A DNA stretch of 36,555 nt from Lachnospiraceae bacterium (lineage in GTDB: Bacteria > Bacillota > Clostridia > Lachnospirales > Lachnospiraceae). Within the stretch, counting starts at the first letter, position 1. The number at the start of each line of letters is the position of its first letter. Under the pieces are notes generated by a model. The model did not search any database. It was not told the origin of the DNA and saw only the letters and a list, made by a program, of their open reading frames with translations. The translations under genes were made by a program, and so were the position numbers. This document shows positions 8,170 to 17,372 of this stretch, one piece after another. Where the stretch lies: the NCBI GenBank assembly GCA_045640725.1, contig JAZUFN010000279.1:1-36555 (forward strand), in the 5' to 3' direction.

Positions 8170-9357
8170 ATGATAAATGAAGCAATGATGGGACTTGGAA
8201 AAAAGCGTTCTACGATCCGTGAGATATTTGAGTATGGTAATGCCAGAGCGAAAATCGTGGGACGTGAGAATATATATGATTTTTCACTGGGTAATCCCAG
8301 CGTAGAGCCACCACAGATTGTGACAGATGAGATAGTTCATTTTGTGGAGACTGAGAGAGCAGACGTGCTTCATGGCTACACCAGCGCCACAGGCCTGGAA
8401 TGGGTGAGACAGTCCATGGCTGACGGCCTGAATTCACGTTTCGGAACGAATTTCAATAAGGACAATTTTTATATGACTGTAGGCGCAGCGGCTTCCATCT
8501 GCATCGTATTAAAGGCTATCGCCTGTCCTGGCGATGAATTCATCGTGCCTGCACCATATTTTCCTGAGTATAAATGCTGGATTGAGAATACAGCAGGTGC
8601 CAAGTGCGTGCTGATTCCGGCCGATCCTGATTCCTTCCAGATGAATTTTGCGGCTTTTGAGGCTTCCATCACGGAGCATACCAAGGCTGTTATTATCAAT
8701 ACACCAAATAATCCTTCCGGTGCAGTATATTCTGAGACTACCATAAAGCGTATCGCCGAGATACTGGAGGCGGCTGAGAAAAAATACGGCCACCAGATTT
8801 ACCTTATTTCTGATGAGCCATACAGAGAGATCGTTTTCGACGGCTTTAAATTCCCGTTTGTGATAAAGTATTATAAAAATACCTTTGTATGTTACTCTTT
8901 TTCCAAGTCACTTTCTCTGCCCGGAGAGCGTATAGGCTATGTACTGGTGCCGGATGAAATGGATGATGCCGGAGACGTATATGCTGCGGTATGCGGCGCA
9001 GGACGTATTCTGGGCTATGTTAACGCCCCATCTCTTTTTCAGAGAGTAGCAGGAAGATGTGCTACCGAGACTTCGGATATTTCCATTTACAATAAGAATC
9101 GCGATGTGCTTTACAAAGGACTTACCGACCTTGGCTTTACATGCGTAAAGCCTCAAGGGGCCTTTTACATGTTCCCACGTTCACTGGAGCCTGATGATTA
9201 CGCCTTCTGTGAGCGTGCCAAGAAGTACGATCTGCTTTTGGTACCGGGTACTGACTTTGGCTGCCCGGGACACGTTCGTATCGCTTACTGTGTGCAGACG
9301 GAAATGATTGAAAAAAGCCTGGCTGTATTTGAAAAGTTGGCAAAAGAGTACAAATAA
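8170..9357 (+). CDS. class I/II PLP-dependent aminotransferase (aspartate/alanine aminotransferase-like)
   Basis: 395 aa. NTPNNPSG motif and the PLP-lysine motif SFSKSLSLPGERIGY. Substrate cannot be assigned from sequence by eye. Confidence 0.85.
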   Translation: MINEAMMGLGKKRSTIREIFEYGNARAKIVGRENIYDFSLGNPSVEPPQIVTDEIVHFVETERADVLHGYTSATGLEWVRQSMADGLNSRFGTNFNKDNFYMTVGAAASICIVLKAIACPGDEFIVPAPYFPEYKCWIENTAGAKCVLIPADPDSFQMNFAAFEASITEHTKAVIINTPNNPSGAVYSETTIKRIAEILEAAEKKYGHQIYLISDEPYREIVFDGFKFPFVIKYYKNTFVCYSFSKSLSLPGERIGYVLVPDEMDDAGDVYAAVCGAGRILGYVNAPSLFQRVAGRCATETSDISIYNKNRDVLYKGLTDLGFTCVKPQGAFYMFPRSLEPDDYAFCERAKKYDLLLVPGTDFGCPGHVRIAYCVQTEMIEKSLAVFEKLAKEYK

Positions 9358-9386
9358 AAACGCCACGTACTAGAAAGACACAAAGA

Positions 9387-11687
9387 ATGATAGAAATTAA
9401 GAATGTAAAGAAAGCCTACCAGGGGAAAGAAAAGGAAGTACTGGCTCTTAACGGCATCAATCTTAAGCTGCCGAATACGGGATTTGTATCTATTTATGGT
9501 GAAAATGGCTGTGGCAAGACTACTCTGCTCAATGCCATATCTTCTCTTGATGAGGACTATAGCGGTGAAATTCTCTATAATGGCACTGATACTAAAAAGA
9601 TAAAGGATTTTTACAGAGGACAGATAGTTTCCTTTGTTTTTCAGGAAAATTTCTTTGTGCCTTACCTGAATCTTAGGGATAATCTTTGCCTGGCGCCTGA
9701 GGCGACGGATGAGCGCTACCTGGCAGAGCTGAGTTCTTTTCAGATTGAGGAAAAGAAGGATGACTTTGCAGATAATTTAAGTGGCGGCCAGAAGCAGAGG
9801 TCGTCTCTGATACGAGGCCTTATGAGGCAATACAAGGTGCTTCTGGTGGACGAGCCTACCAGTAGCATGAATGAGGAGATGGAGACTGAGGTTTTTAACA
9901 GACTTCGTGCTATCGCTGAAGATCACCTGGTTATTATGGTTTCCCACAATATTTCACTGATTCGCGCTTATTCAGACATGGTCATCAACATGGATAAAGC
10001 GACCATCAGAAGCGTGGAGAGAAACAAGGTAACTAATGCTGTTGCAGAAAAAGGAAATATTCTTTATGTTCCCTCAGACTTCCACGACCTGTCCATTGTC
10101 CCTGCCTACAAAGTGAGGGAAATAATAGAGAAGTACGGAGAAGTCCGCATTAAGACCAGGGAAAGCTCAGATGAAGATAAGCACTTCGATTATTCCTATA
10201 AAATAGCTGAAGGCACTGACAGAGCTCTGGTAATGGAAAAGAATAAAGGTAACAGAATTCTGAAAAAGTCCCTGTTTTCTGCTACAAAAAGATGGATGCT
10301 GTCCTGGGTCCTGATGACTCTATTGATAGCGCTGACTGGCATAGTGGTGTCGCTGGTGGCTTTTGATACTGAAGAATTTGTATATAAAATGCTTAATGAG
10401 AATATCGTGGGCTATGCATGTTTTGCCAAGGACGGAAATGTTTATTCTTTTGATAAAGGCTATAAAAGCTTTAACCTGAAGGAGTTTAAGAGTTTCGCAG
10501 AAAAAGGGGATTTGGATTTCCTGATTATGCTGAATTATGAACAATCCATTCAGGCATCCGATGCAGTCGATCCCAGATGGCCGGTAAGTGTTTATGGTAT
10601 CAATCTTTACGTGAAAACCCCGGAGCTGGTGGCGGGCAGTGAGCCTGGTGAGGGTGAGATGCTCATCACGGATTATATTGCCGATGAAATCATACTCCGC
10701 ATCAGCAATTACACCACATATGATGATATTCTGGAAAAGGGCCTAAGGTTTGACGAAAAGCCTGTTAAAATATCCGGAATCATCAAGACTAACTATAAAT
10801 TTTTTGAAAATAACCCTGCATATGAGGCTACTCAGCTGGCTATTGATGTGGGAATGAACAAATCAAATCTATATATGCGCTTTTATCAGCCACTTTCATG
10901 GTATGAGAACGCAGATGATACAATTACCGGTTTTCTTATAGACTATGGTAAGCTTCCTATTACTGTTAAGCTGTATGATGGAGAGATTGGACCTGAGGAT
11001 GCATATGTATCAGAGGATCTACAGGATTTTATGCCGGTAGGAAGAGAAGAAAAAATCAGTGGGCTGGGCTATGTAAATGTAGTAGGTACAGTGAAGAATG
11101 CCGTAAGTACTATCTATGTGTCTCGGGAAAAAATGACGGCAGTCAAGGCAGAGACTATGTCTCACATAGCAATGATAGAAATAGCTGATTACAACAAAGA
11201 AGAGGTAGCCTACCTTCGTACCCACGGATATGAGCATGACGTTTCCATCTCTGCATTTATTAAGTCTATGACGGATATTGTTGAGATTACTACCAGATTG
11301 CTTTTCTTTATAGCCCTGATGCTTTTTGGAATACTGTTGGTAGTGGTAGGTAAAATGCTGAGAGAGCTCACGGCAGCAGATAATCGCATGATTGTTATGC
11401 TTAGAATGAGCGGCTATGGTTGGAAAACAATAAGAGCATTGGAAATCAAAAAATTATGTATTCTTATGGTATCCGCTATGCCTGTCTCCATTCTTTTCGC
11501 TGTTTTGATATCCAGGGCAATAGGCGCCATTCTTAAAAGCAGCGCAGGCTTCGGTGTAGCATTGACCCTGATTAAGTGGCCACTGATGATTCCGGTACTT
11601 CTTGGAATGGTTATTTTCCTGCTGGCAAGCTACTTTGTATGGGATGTACGCAACAAAAACAAAAATCTGATTGAGTTCAGAAAGTAG
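9387..11687 (+). CDS. fused ABC transporter: N-terminal ATPase plus C-terminal FtsX-type 4-TM permease with a large extracytoplasmic domain (MacB-like architecture)
   Basis: Walker A GENGCGKT, Q-loop FQE, signature LSGGQKQR, Walker B LLVDEPT, H-loop VSHN (residues 1 to about 210). TM1 is near residue 305. A hydrophilic domain of about 310 aa follows, then three C-terminal TM segments (from about residue 640 onward). It starts only 29 nt after the aminotransferase stop, with no terminator between. Confidence 0.85.
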   Translation: MIEIKNVKKAYQGKEKEVLALNGINLKLPNTGFVSIYGENGCGKTTLLNAISSLDEDYSGEILYNGTDTKKIKDFYRGQIVSFVFQENFFVPYLNLRDNLCLAPEATDERYLAELSSFQIEEKKDDFADNLSGGQKQRSSLIRGLMRQYKVLLVDEPTSSMNEEMETEVFNRLRAIAEDHLVIMVSHNISLIRAYSDMVINMDKATIRSVERNKVTNAVAEKGNILYVPSDFHDLSIVPAYKVREIIEKYGEVRIKTRESSDEDKHFDYSYKIAEGTDRALVMEKNKGNRILKKSLFSATKRWMLSWVLMTLLIALTGIVVSLVAFDTEEFVYKMLNENIVGYACFAKDGNVYSFDKGYKSFNLKEFKSFAEKGDLDFLIMLNYEQSIQASDAVDPRWPVSVYGINLYVKTPELVAGSEPGEGEMLITDYIADEIILRISNYTTYDDILEKGLRFDEKPVKISGIIKTNYKFFENNPAYEATQLAIDVGMNKSNLYMRFYQPLSWYENADDTITGFLIDYGKLPITVKLYDGEIGPEDAYVSEDLQDFMPVGREEKISGLGYVNVVGTVKNAVSTIYVSREKMTAVKAETMSHIAMIEIADYNKEEVAYLRTHGYEHDVSISAFIKSMTDIVEITTRLLFFIALMLFGILLVVVGKMLRELTAADNRMIVMLRMSGYGWKTIRALEIKKLCILMVSAMPVSILFAVLISRAIGAILKSSAGFGVALTLIKWPLMIPVLLGMVIFLLASYFVWDVRNKNKNLIEFRK

Positions 11688-11695
11688 AAATTTAT

Positions 11696-11721
11696 AAAAA
11701 GGGTCGATTATGGTCCTTTTT
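11696..11721 (+). terminator. possible terminator after the ABC gene
   Basis: AAAAAGGGTC-gattat-GGTCCTTTTT forms a 10-bp stem including two G-U pairs. The U-tract is part of the stem, so this is a weaker call. Confidence 0.45.
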
Positions 11722-11723
11722 AT

Positions 11724-11752
11724 TTGACAAAAAGCTGCTTTAGTTTTATATT
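11724..11752 (+). promoter_or_regulatory. sigma-A type promoter for asnS
   Basis: TTGACA at 11724-11729, a 17-nt spacer, and TATATT at 11747-11752. The leader of about 35 nt is too short for a T-box. Confidence 0.6.
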
Positions 11753-11790
11753 TAGTGGATAGTGTAAATCCATTGAAAGGAAGTAAAAAT

Positions 11791-13182
11791 ATGGAGTTGG
11801 TTAGCGTACGCGAGTTATTCCGCGAAAAAGAAAAGTACGTAGGTACTGAAGTGACAGTAGGCGGTTGGGTTCGTTCCGTCAGAGATTCAAAAACATTTGG
11901 TTTCATCGTACTGAATGATGGTACATTTTTTGAGACCTTGCAGATAGTCTATCATGATACAATGGATAATTTTAATGAGGTAAGCAAGCTGAATGTAGGT
12001 GCTGCCATTATCGTAAAGGGTATGCTGGTAGCCACACCTACAGCTAAGCAGCCTTTTGAGATTCAGGCTACAGAGGTATTTGTAGAGGGCTTATCTACTC
12101 CTGATTATCCTCTTCAGAAAAAAGGACACAGCCTTGAGTATCTCCGCACCATGACACATCTTCGTCCACGTACTAATATGTTCCAGGCAGTATTCAGAGT
12201 GCGTTCTCTTTGTGCATATGCTATTCATAAGTTTTTCCAGGAGAGAAACTTTGTATATGTTCACACACCACTTATCACAGGCTCAGACTGTGAGGGCGCA
12301 GGCGAGATGTTCCAGGTGACTACCTTGGACCTTACAAATATACCTAAAAATCCTGATGGTACAGTAGATTTCACTCAGGATTTCTTCAATAAGCCTACCA
12401 ATCTTACTGTTTCAGGTCAGCTGAATGGTGAGACCTTTGCCATGGCTTTTAAGAATATCTATACATTTGGACCTACCTTCCGTGCAGAAAATTCCAATAC
12501 TACCCGTCATGCAGCTGAGTTCTGGATGATTGAGCCGGAGATTGCATTTGCTGATCTTAAGGACGATATGATCCTTGCAGAGTCCATGATTAAGTATGTT
12601 ATTCGCTACGTACTTGAGAATGCACCTGAAGAAATGGCTTTCTTTAATCAGCGTGTGGATACAGGCCTTCTGGAGAGACTGAACCATGTCCTGAATTCCG
12701 AATTCGGTCATGTTACATATACCGAAGCTATCAAAATGCTTGAAGAGCATAATGACAAGTTTGATTACAAGGTATCCTGGGGCTGCGACCTTCAGACAGA
12801 GCATGAGAGATACCTGACAGAGGAAATCTTTAAGCGTCCTGTATTTGTTACAGACTATCCAAAGGAAATCAAAGCATTTTATATGAAGCTGAATCCGGAC
12901 GGCAAGACTGTTGCGGCTATGGACTGTCTTGTACCCGGTATTGGAGAGATTATTGGTGGCTCTCAGCGTGAGGATGACTATGAGCTTCTCACCAAGCGTA
13001 TGGATGAGCTGGGACTCAAGAAAGAAGACTACCAGTTCTATCTGGACCTGCGTAAGTATGGTTCAGCACGTCATGCAGGCTTCGGTCTTGGCTTCGAAAG
13101 ATGCGTTATGTATCTGACCGGCATGGGCAATATCAGAGACGTACTTCCATTCCCAAGAACCGTTAATAACTGTGAGCTTTAA
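11791..13182 (+). CDS. asnS: asparagine--tRNA ligase
   Basis: 463 aa, class IIb. It has an N-terminal OB fold ([22 protein letters not shown]), motif 2 [21 protein letters not shown] and motif 3 [12 protein letters not shown]. The start is set at the ATG at 11791, preceded by GAAAGGAAG. The track start at 11755 adds 12 unsupported residues. Confidence 0.95.
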   Translation: MELVSVRELFREKEKYVGTEVTVGGWVRSVRDSKTFGFIVLNDGTFFETLQIVYHDTMDNFNEVSKLNVGAAIIVKGMLVATPTAKQPFEIQATEVFVEGLSTPDYPLQKKGHSLEYLRTMTHLRPRTNMFQAVFRVRSLCAYAIHKFFQERNFVYVHTPLITGSDCEGAGEMFQVTTLDLTNIPKNPDGTVDFTQDFFNKPTNLTVSGQLNGETFAMAFKNIYTFGPTFRAENSNTTRHAAEFWMIEPEIAFADLKDDMILAESMIKYVIRYVLENAPEEMAFFNQRVDTGLLERLNHVLNSEFGHVTYTEAIKMLEEHNDKFDYKVSWGCDLQTEHERYLTEEIFKRPVFVTDYPKEIKAFYMKLNPDGKTVAAMDCLVPGIGEIIGGSQREDDYELLTKRMDELGLKKEDYQFYLDLRKYGSARHAGFGLGFERCVMYLTGMGNIRDVLPFPRTVNNCEL

Positions 13183-13245
13183 CCATCAGCTTGCTGATGG
13201 TTTCGAAGAAAGTCGCAAGACTTTCTGAGGTCGACACGATACAAG

Positions 13246-13268
13246 GGGGCGTATAACGCCCCTTTTTT
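13246..13268 (+). terminator. intrinsic terminator downstream of asnS
   Basis: GGGGCG-tataa-CGCCCC followed by T6. Two further hairpins precede it (see findings). Confidence 0.85.
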
Positions 13269-13290
13269 CAAAAAGGAGCAAAAGGAGCAT

Positions 13291-15261
13291 ATGAATCTTA
13301 CCATCACAAAAGAAAAACTTCACGACACAAATCCTCGCATGTTTGGCCTCTTTTTTGAGGATATCAACTATGCGGGTGATGGCGGCATTTTTGCTGAAAT
13401 GATCGAAAACAGATCCTTCGAGTTCTTTAAGACTACAGGCACCAATGATGCCTATTGTCCTGAGTATGACGGTATATACGGCTGGTACAAATTCCCCAAA
13501 GACTGTCCTTTTGTGGCTATGGAGACCCGTACAGAAAGTCCTCTGGTAGAGGAAAATCCACATTACCTCCATGTTCGCACCCTTCGTGCCAATTCAGGCT
13601 TTACCAATAAGTCTTATGACGGTCTTTGCCTTAAGTCAGGCGTCAGCTACAATTACACATTTTGGACCAATGCGAAAAACTATGATGGCATGCTGACCGT
13701 AGCAGTATACAAGGATAAGGACTGCCTCTGGTCAGAAAAAATTAATATGGCAGACAACAAGGGCTGGACTGAGTATAAGGGGCATTTTTTCTCCCGTAAT
13801 AATGTGAGAGGGGCCAGATTTGTTATCACACTGGACCAGCCGGGACAGGCTGATTTTGACTTTATTTCCATGTTCCCGGGTGACGCGGTATCAGGTGTTT
13901 TCCGTGCAGACCTGGCTAATATGCTGCGTGACATCCATCCTGGCTTTTTAAGATTTCCGGGCGGCTGTATCATTGAGGGTAATTCCTTGGAGAATCGTTA
14001 CCAGTGGAAAAAGAGTGTAGGTGATCCAAAGCGCAGACGTTCCAACTGGAACAGATGGGCTGTGCATGGCACAGACCATTCCAACAACTACACTACCAAG
14101 TATTCTCATTACAATCAGACCCTGGGCCTGGGATACTTCGAGTATTTTCTCCTCTGTGAGTATATAGGTGCCAAGGCTCTGCCTGTATGTAACGTAGGTC
14201 TGGCCTGTCAGTATCAGTGTCATGAATGGGTAGAGACTACAGATCCTGCTTTTAAAGAGTATGTAGATGATGCTCTGGACCTTATCGAATTTGCCAATGG
14301 TGACGTCACTACAAAGTGGGGCGCCCTTCGCGCAGAGATGGGCCATCCCCTTCCCTTCAATCTGGAATACTTAGGTATCGGCAATGAGCAGTGGCAGACT
14401 GAAGAAGTAGATTTCTTTGAGAGATACAGAATATTTGAGAAGGCTATTCATGAAAAATATCCTGACATGAAGCTTATAGGCTCTGCAGGCCCTGATGTTC
14501 ATACTGAGCGTTATGATGCCGCATGGCACTTCTATCATGAGAATGAGGATAAAGAGAACTTTGCATATGCTATAGATGAGCATTACTACATGAGTCCTGA
14601 ATGGTTCCTGGAAAATACCCATTTCTACGATAACTATGATAGAAAGGTCAAGGTTTTCTCAGGTGAATACGCAGCCCATCCACGTCGCCCCGGCTCTGAG
14701 AAGAGCGGCAATACCCTGATGGGAGCCCTCTCTGAGGCAGCTTTCCTTACGGGAGTTATGAGAAACAGTGACGTAGTAATCATGTCCAGCTATGCCCCTC
14801 TTTTTGCCAGAGAAGGCTATACCCAGTGGGCACCTGACATGATCTGGTTTGATGGCATGCGTGCTTACGGATCCCCCAGCTACTATGTGCAGAAAATGTA
14901 CGCAAATAACGTAGGTTCCTATACTCTTAAGGCATCCGCTGATACAGATACGGACGCAGCCGGTATATTCTACTCAGCATCCTTTGATGAAAAGACCAAG
15001 GCTGTCATCCTGCGTGTAGTGAATACTACAGAAAATGATGTCGAGACAGGTCTCGATATATCAGCTTTTGGTTATCAGCCTGAGCACGCCCGCTGTTTCC
15101 TGCTGACAGGAGATGAGCCTGCAGCCTTCAACTCCTTTGAGGAGCCCCGCCGTGTAGAGACTCATATGTTCCCGTTACGCATGGGTGGTGCATTAAAGCT
15201 TCCAAGATACAGCTTTATGACGCTTCTTATCCCTACTACGGAGATTTTTGAAGAAAAATAA
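13291..15261 (+). CDS. GH51-family alpha-L-arabinofuranosidase, intracellular (no signal peptide)
   Basis: 656 aa. The N-terminal FGLFFEDINYAGDGG and RFPGGC motifs, and GIGNEQW (the acid/base Glu context), are typical of GH51. Confidence 0.8.
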   Translation: MNLTITKEKLHDTNPRMFGLFFEDINYAGDGGIFAEMIENRSFEFFKTTGTNDAYCPEYDGIYGWYKFPKDCPFVAMETRTESPLVEENPHYLHVRTLRANSGFTNKSYDGLCLKSGVSYNYTFWTNAKNYDGMLTVAVYKDKDCLWSEKINMADNKGWTEYKGHFFSRNNVRGARFVITLDQPGQADFDFISMFPGDAVSGVFRADLANMLRDIHPGFLRFPGGCIIEGNSLENRYQWKKSVGDPKRRRSNWNRWAVHGTDHSNNYTTKYSHYNQTLGLGYFEYFLLCEYIGAKALPVCNVGLACQYQCHEWVETTDPAFKEYVDDALDLIEFANGDVTTKWGALRAEMGHPLPFNLEYLGIGNEQWQTEEVDFFERYRIFEKAIHEKYPDMKLIGSAGPDVHTERYDAAWHFYHENEDKENFAYAIDEHYYMSPEWFLENTHFYDNYDRKVKVFSGEYAAHPRRPGSEKSGNTLMGALSEAAFLTGVMRNSDVVIMSSYAPLFAREGYTQWAPDMIWFDGMRAYGSPSYYVQKMYANNVGSYTLKASADTDTDAAGIFYSASFDEKTKAVILRVVNTTENDVETGLDISAFGYQPEHARCFLLTGDEPAAFNSFEEPRRVETHMFPLRMGGALKLPRYSFMTLLIPTTEIFEEK

Positions 15262-15349
15262 GCTGATGGTACATACAAGGCACTCATTCTGGTTGACGTG
15301 AATGCTTTGAACACTTGTAAAAACAGGCCTGATTCGCTATACTTAAACC

Positions 15350-17308
15350 ATGAAAAAGGGTGTAAAAAAGTTTTTCAAAATAATAGGGAATATCATCAAA
15401 TGCCTGATTATCATTGCCTTGATAGCAGGCATTGTTTTTGGTGTAAAATTATATAATGATTACGGTGACGATGTAAAAGCTCTGAGAAATAAAGCTCTGA
15501 AGATAGCAGAAGAATCAACTAAATCTGATTTTACCGGAGGTCAGACCACCGTTATATACGATGCCAACGGTGAGTTGATAGCTTCGTTACGGTCAGAAAA
15601 AGAGGCCTACTACATGGATTATGATGAGCTTCCCAAAATAGCCATTGACGTAATGGTAGTGACCGAGGATAGAAAGTTTTACAAGCATAAGGGCATTGAT
15701 TTTCTGGGAGTGGTGAGAGCGGCTACAGAGTATGTGAAGAATAGAGGCAAAGCCACTCAGGGAGCCAGTACCATTACCCAGCAGCTGGCCCGAAATATGT
15801 ATCTCTCCTTTGAAGTCAGCATGGACAGAAAAGTCACTGAGATGTTTTTAGCCATGGAACTGGAGAAAAAGTACAGTAAGCATGATATTATGGAGTTTTA
15901 TCTTAATAATATCTATTTCGGCAATGGATTTTATGGCTTGCAGGCAGCCTCCTTGGGCTACTTTGGAAAAAGCGTGAAGGAGCTTACGGTATCGGAAACT
16001 GTTTACCTCTGTGCTATACCCAACAATCCATCTCTTTATGATCCTTATAAGCACCATGACTATACCATGGCCCGACGTGACCGAATGCTAAAGCAGCTGC
16101 TACAGTTTAAAAAGATAACAGAAGAGGAGTATGAGGTAGCGCTTTCTGAAGAAATGACATTCAGTAATGGCTATGATGTGCGTTACAATTATGCGGAGAC
16201 TTATGCCAGATACTGTGCGGTGAGGGCTCTGATGCTTATGGACGGCTTCAAGTTCAGGACATATTTTGTTAATGAAGAGGAAAAAGCAGAATACGAAGAA
16301 AAATATGATGCAGCCTACAGCTACTGGCAGCAGAAGATGTATACCGGTGGTTATAGAATATATACTTCCATAGACCTGTCTCTGCAGGAGTTATTGCAAG
16401 AGGCAGTAGACGACAATTTTCCTACCCATCAGGAAAAAAATGAAGAAGGGGTGTATGAACTGCAGGCTTCTGCCACCTGCATAGATAATACCAGCGGTCT
16501 GGTAGTCGCTATAGTGGGCGGACGTCAGCAGGAGGGTATAGGTGGCTATACCTTGAATAGAGCATATCAGTCTTTCAGACAGCCGGGATCTGCCATAAAG
16601 CCACTGATAGTCTATACACCTATGTTTGAAAGAGGACTGTCTCCGGATGATATAGTAGTAGATGAACATGATGAAAAAGGTCCCGTGAATTCTGATGGAA
16701 AATACGAAGGTGAAATAACAGTACGATACGCCTTGGAGAGATCCAAGAACACCGTTGCATGGAATCTGTTCAGAGACCTGACGCCGGAGGTGGGCGTTCA
16801 ATATTTGCGGAACATGGATTTCAGAAAAATCGTGGATGAAGACGAGAATCTGGCTTCTTCTCTGGGAGGATTTACCATAGGCGTCAGCAGCTTGGAGATG
16901 GCTGCAGCCTATGCCACTATAGCTAATGATGGTATCTATCGAACGCCTACCTGTATTATGCGTATTACCGACAGTGATGGTAATACTATAGTGGACAAAG
17001 CCTCAGCAGAAAAGAAAATATACAACCGTGAGGCCTGTCTTACCATGACGGATGTGATGTATGGCGTTTTCAACGAGCCTCATGGAACAGGACACAAATA
17101 TCGCCTGGATAATACGGTGGCAGCGGGGAAAACAGGTACTGCCACAGACGGTAAAGACGGCTGGATCTGTGGATTTACAGACAGCTACACCACAGCAGTC
17201 TGGGTAGGCTATGATTATCCGAAGGCCATTCCTGATCTCTCTAAAAATGCTGCTCCCGGCGCTATCTGGAAAAAATTCATGAGTCAGTTATCAAATGGGA
17301 ATAATTAA
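15350..17308 (+). CDS. class A penicillin-binding protein (GT51 transglycosylase plus transpeptidase)
   Basis: N-terminal TM anchor. GT51 motifs EDRKFYKHKGID, GASTITQQLARN and RKVTEM. Transpeptidase motifs SAIK (SxxK), SKN and KTGT. Confidence 0.93.
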   Translation: MKKGVKKFFKIIGNIIKCLIIIALIAGIVFGVKLYNDYGDDVKALRNKALKIAEESTKSDFTGGQTTVIYDANGELIASLRSEKEAYYMDYDELPKIAIDVMVVTEDRKFYKHKGIDFLGVVRAATEYVKNRGKATQGASTITQQLARNMYLSFEVSMDRKVTEMFLAMELEKKYSKHDIMEFYLNNIYFGNGFYGLQAASLGYFGKSVKELTVSETVYLCAIPNNPSLYDPYKHHDYTMARRDRMLKQLLQFKKITEEEYEVALSEEMTFSNGYDVRYNYAETYARYCAVRALMLMDGFKFRTYFVNEEEKAEYEEKYDAAYSYWQQKMYTGGYRIYTSIDLSLQELLQEAVDDNFPTHQEKNEEGVYELQASATCIDNTSGLVVAIVGGRQQEGIGGYTLNRAYQSFRQPGSAIKPLIVYTPMFERGLSPDDIVVDEHDEKGPVNSDGKYEGEITVRYALERSKNTVAWNLFRDLTPEVGVQYLRNMDFRKIVDEDENLASSLGGFTIGVSSLEMAAAYATIANDGIYRTPTCIMRITDSDGNTIVDKASAEKKIYNREACLTMTDVMYGVFNEPHGTGHKYRLDNTVAAGKTGTATDGKDGWICGFTDSYTTAVWVGYDYPKAIPDLSKNAAPGAIWKKFMSQLSNGNN

Positions 17309-17317
17309 AAATAAAAC

Positions 17318-17366
17318 AGCCCTCATACAGGATTTTGAATAGGAATCAGAATCCTGTATGAGGGCT
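17318..17366. terminator. bidirectional terminator between the convergent PBP gene and prs
   Basis: A 17-bp perfect inverted repeat, AGCCCTCATACAGGATT (17318-17334) and AATCCTGTATGAGGGCT (17350-17366), flanked by an A-run upstream and a T-rich run downstream. Confidence 0.85.
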
Positions 17367-17372
17367 TTAAAT

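Noticed and set aside
11688-11790. A T-box leader upstream of asnS, and likewise upstream of proS at 26601-26734.
   Set aside because: Both leaders are far shorter (about 35-50 nt after the predicted promoters) than a T-box of 200 nt or more. They lack the conserved T-box sequence and a terminator/antiterminator pair.
11454-11906. A 150-aa minus-strand ORF spanning the ABC gene end and the asnS start, and a 128-aa ORF at 13186-13572.
   Set aside because: They cross terminators and promoters and overlap confident genes on the other strand. They have no ribosome-binding site and no motifs.
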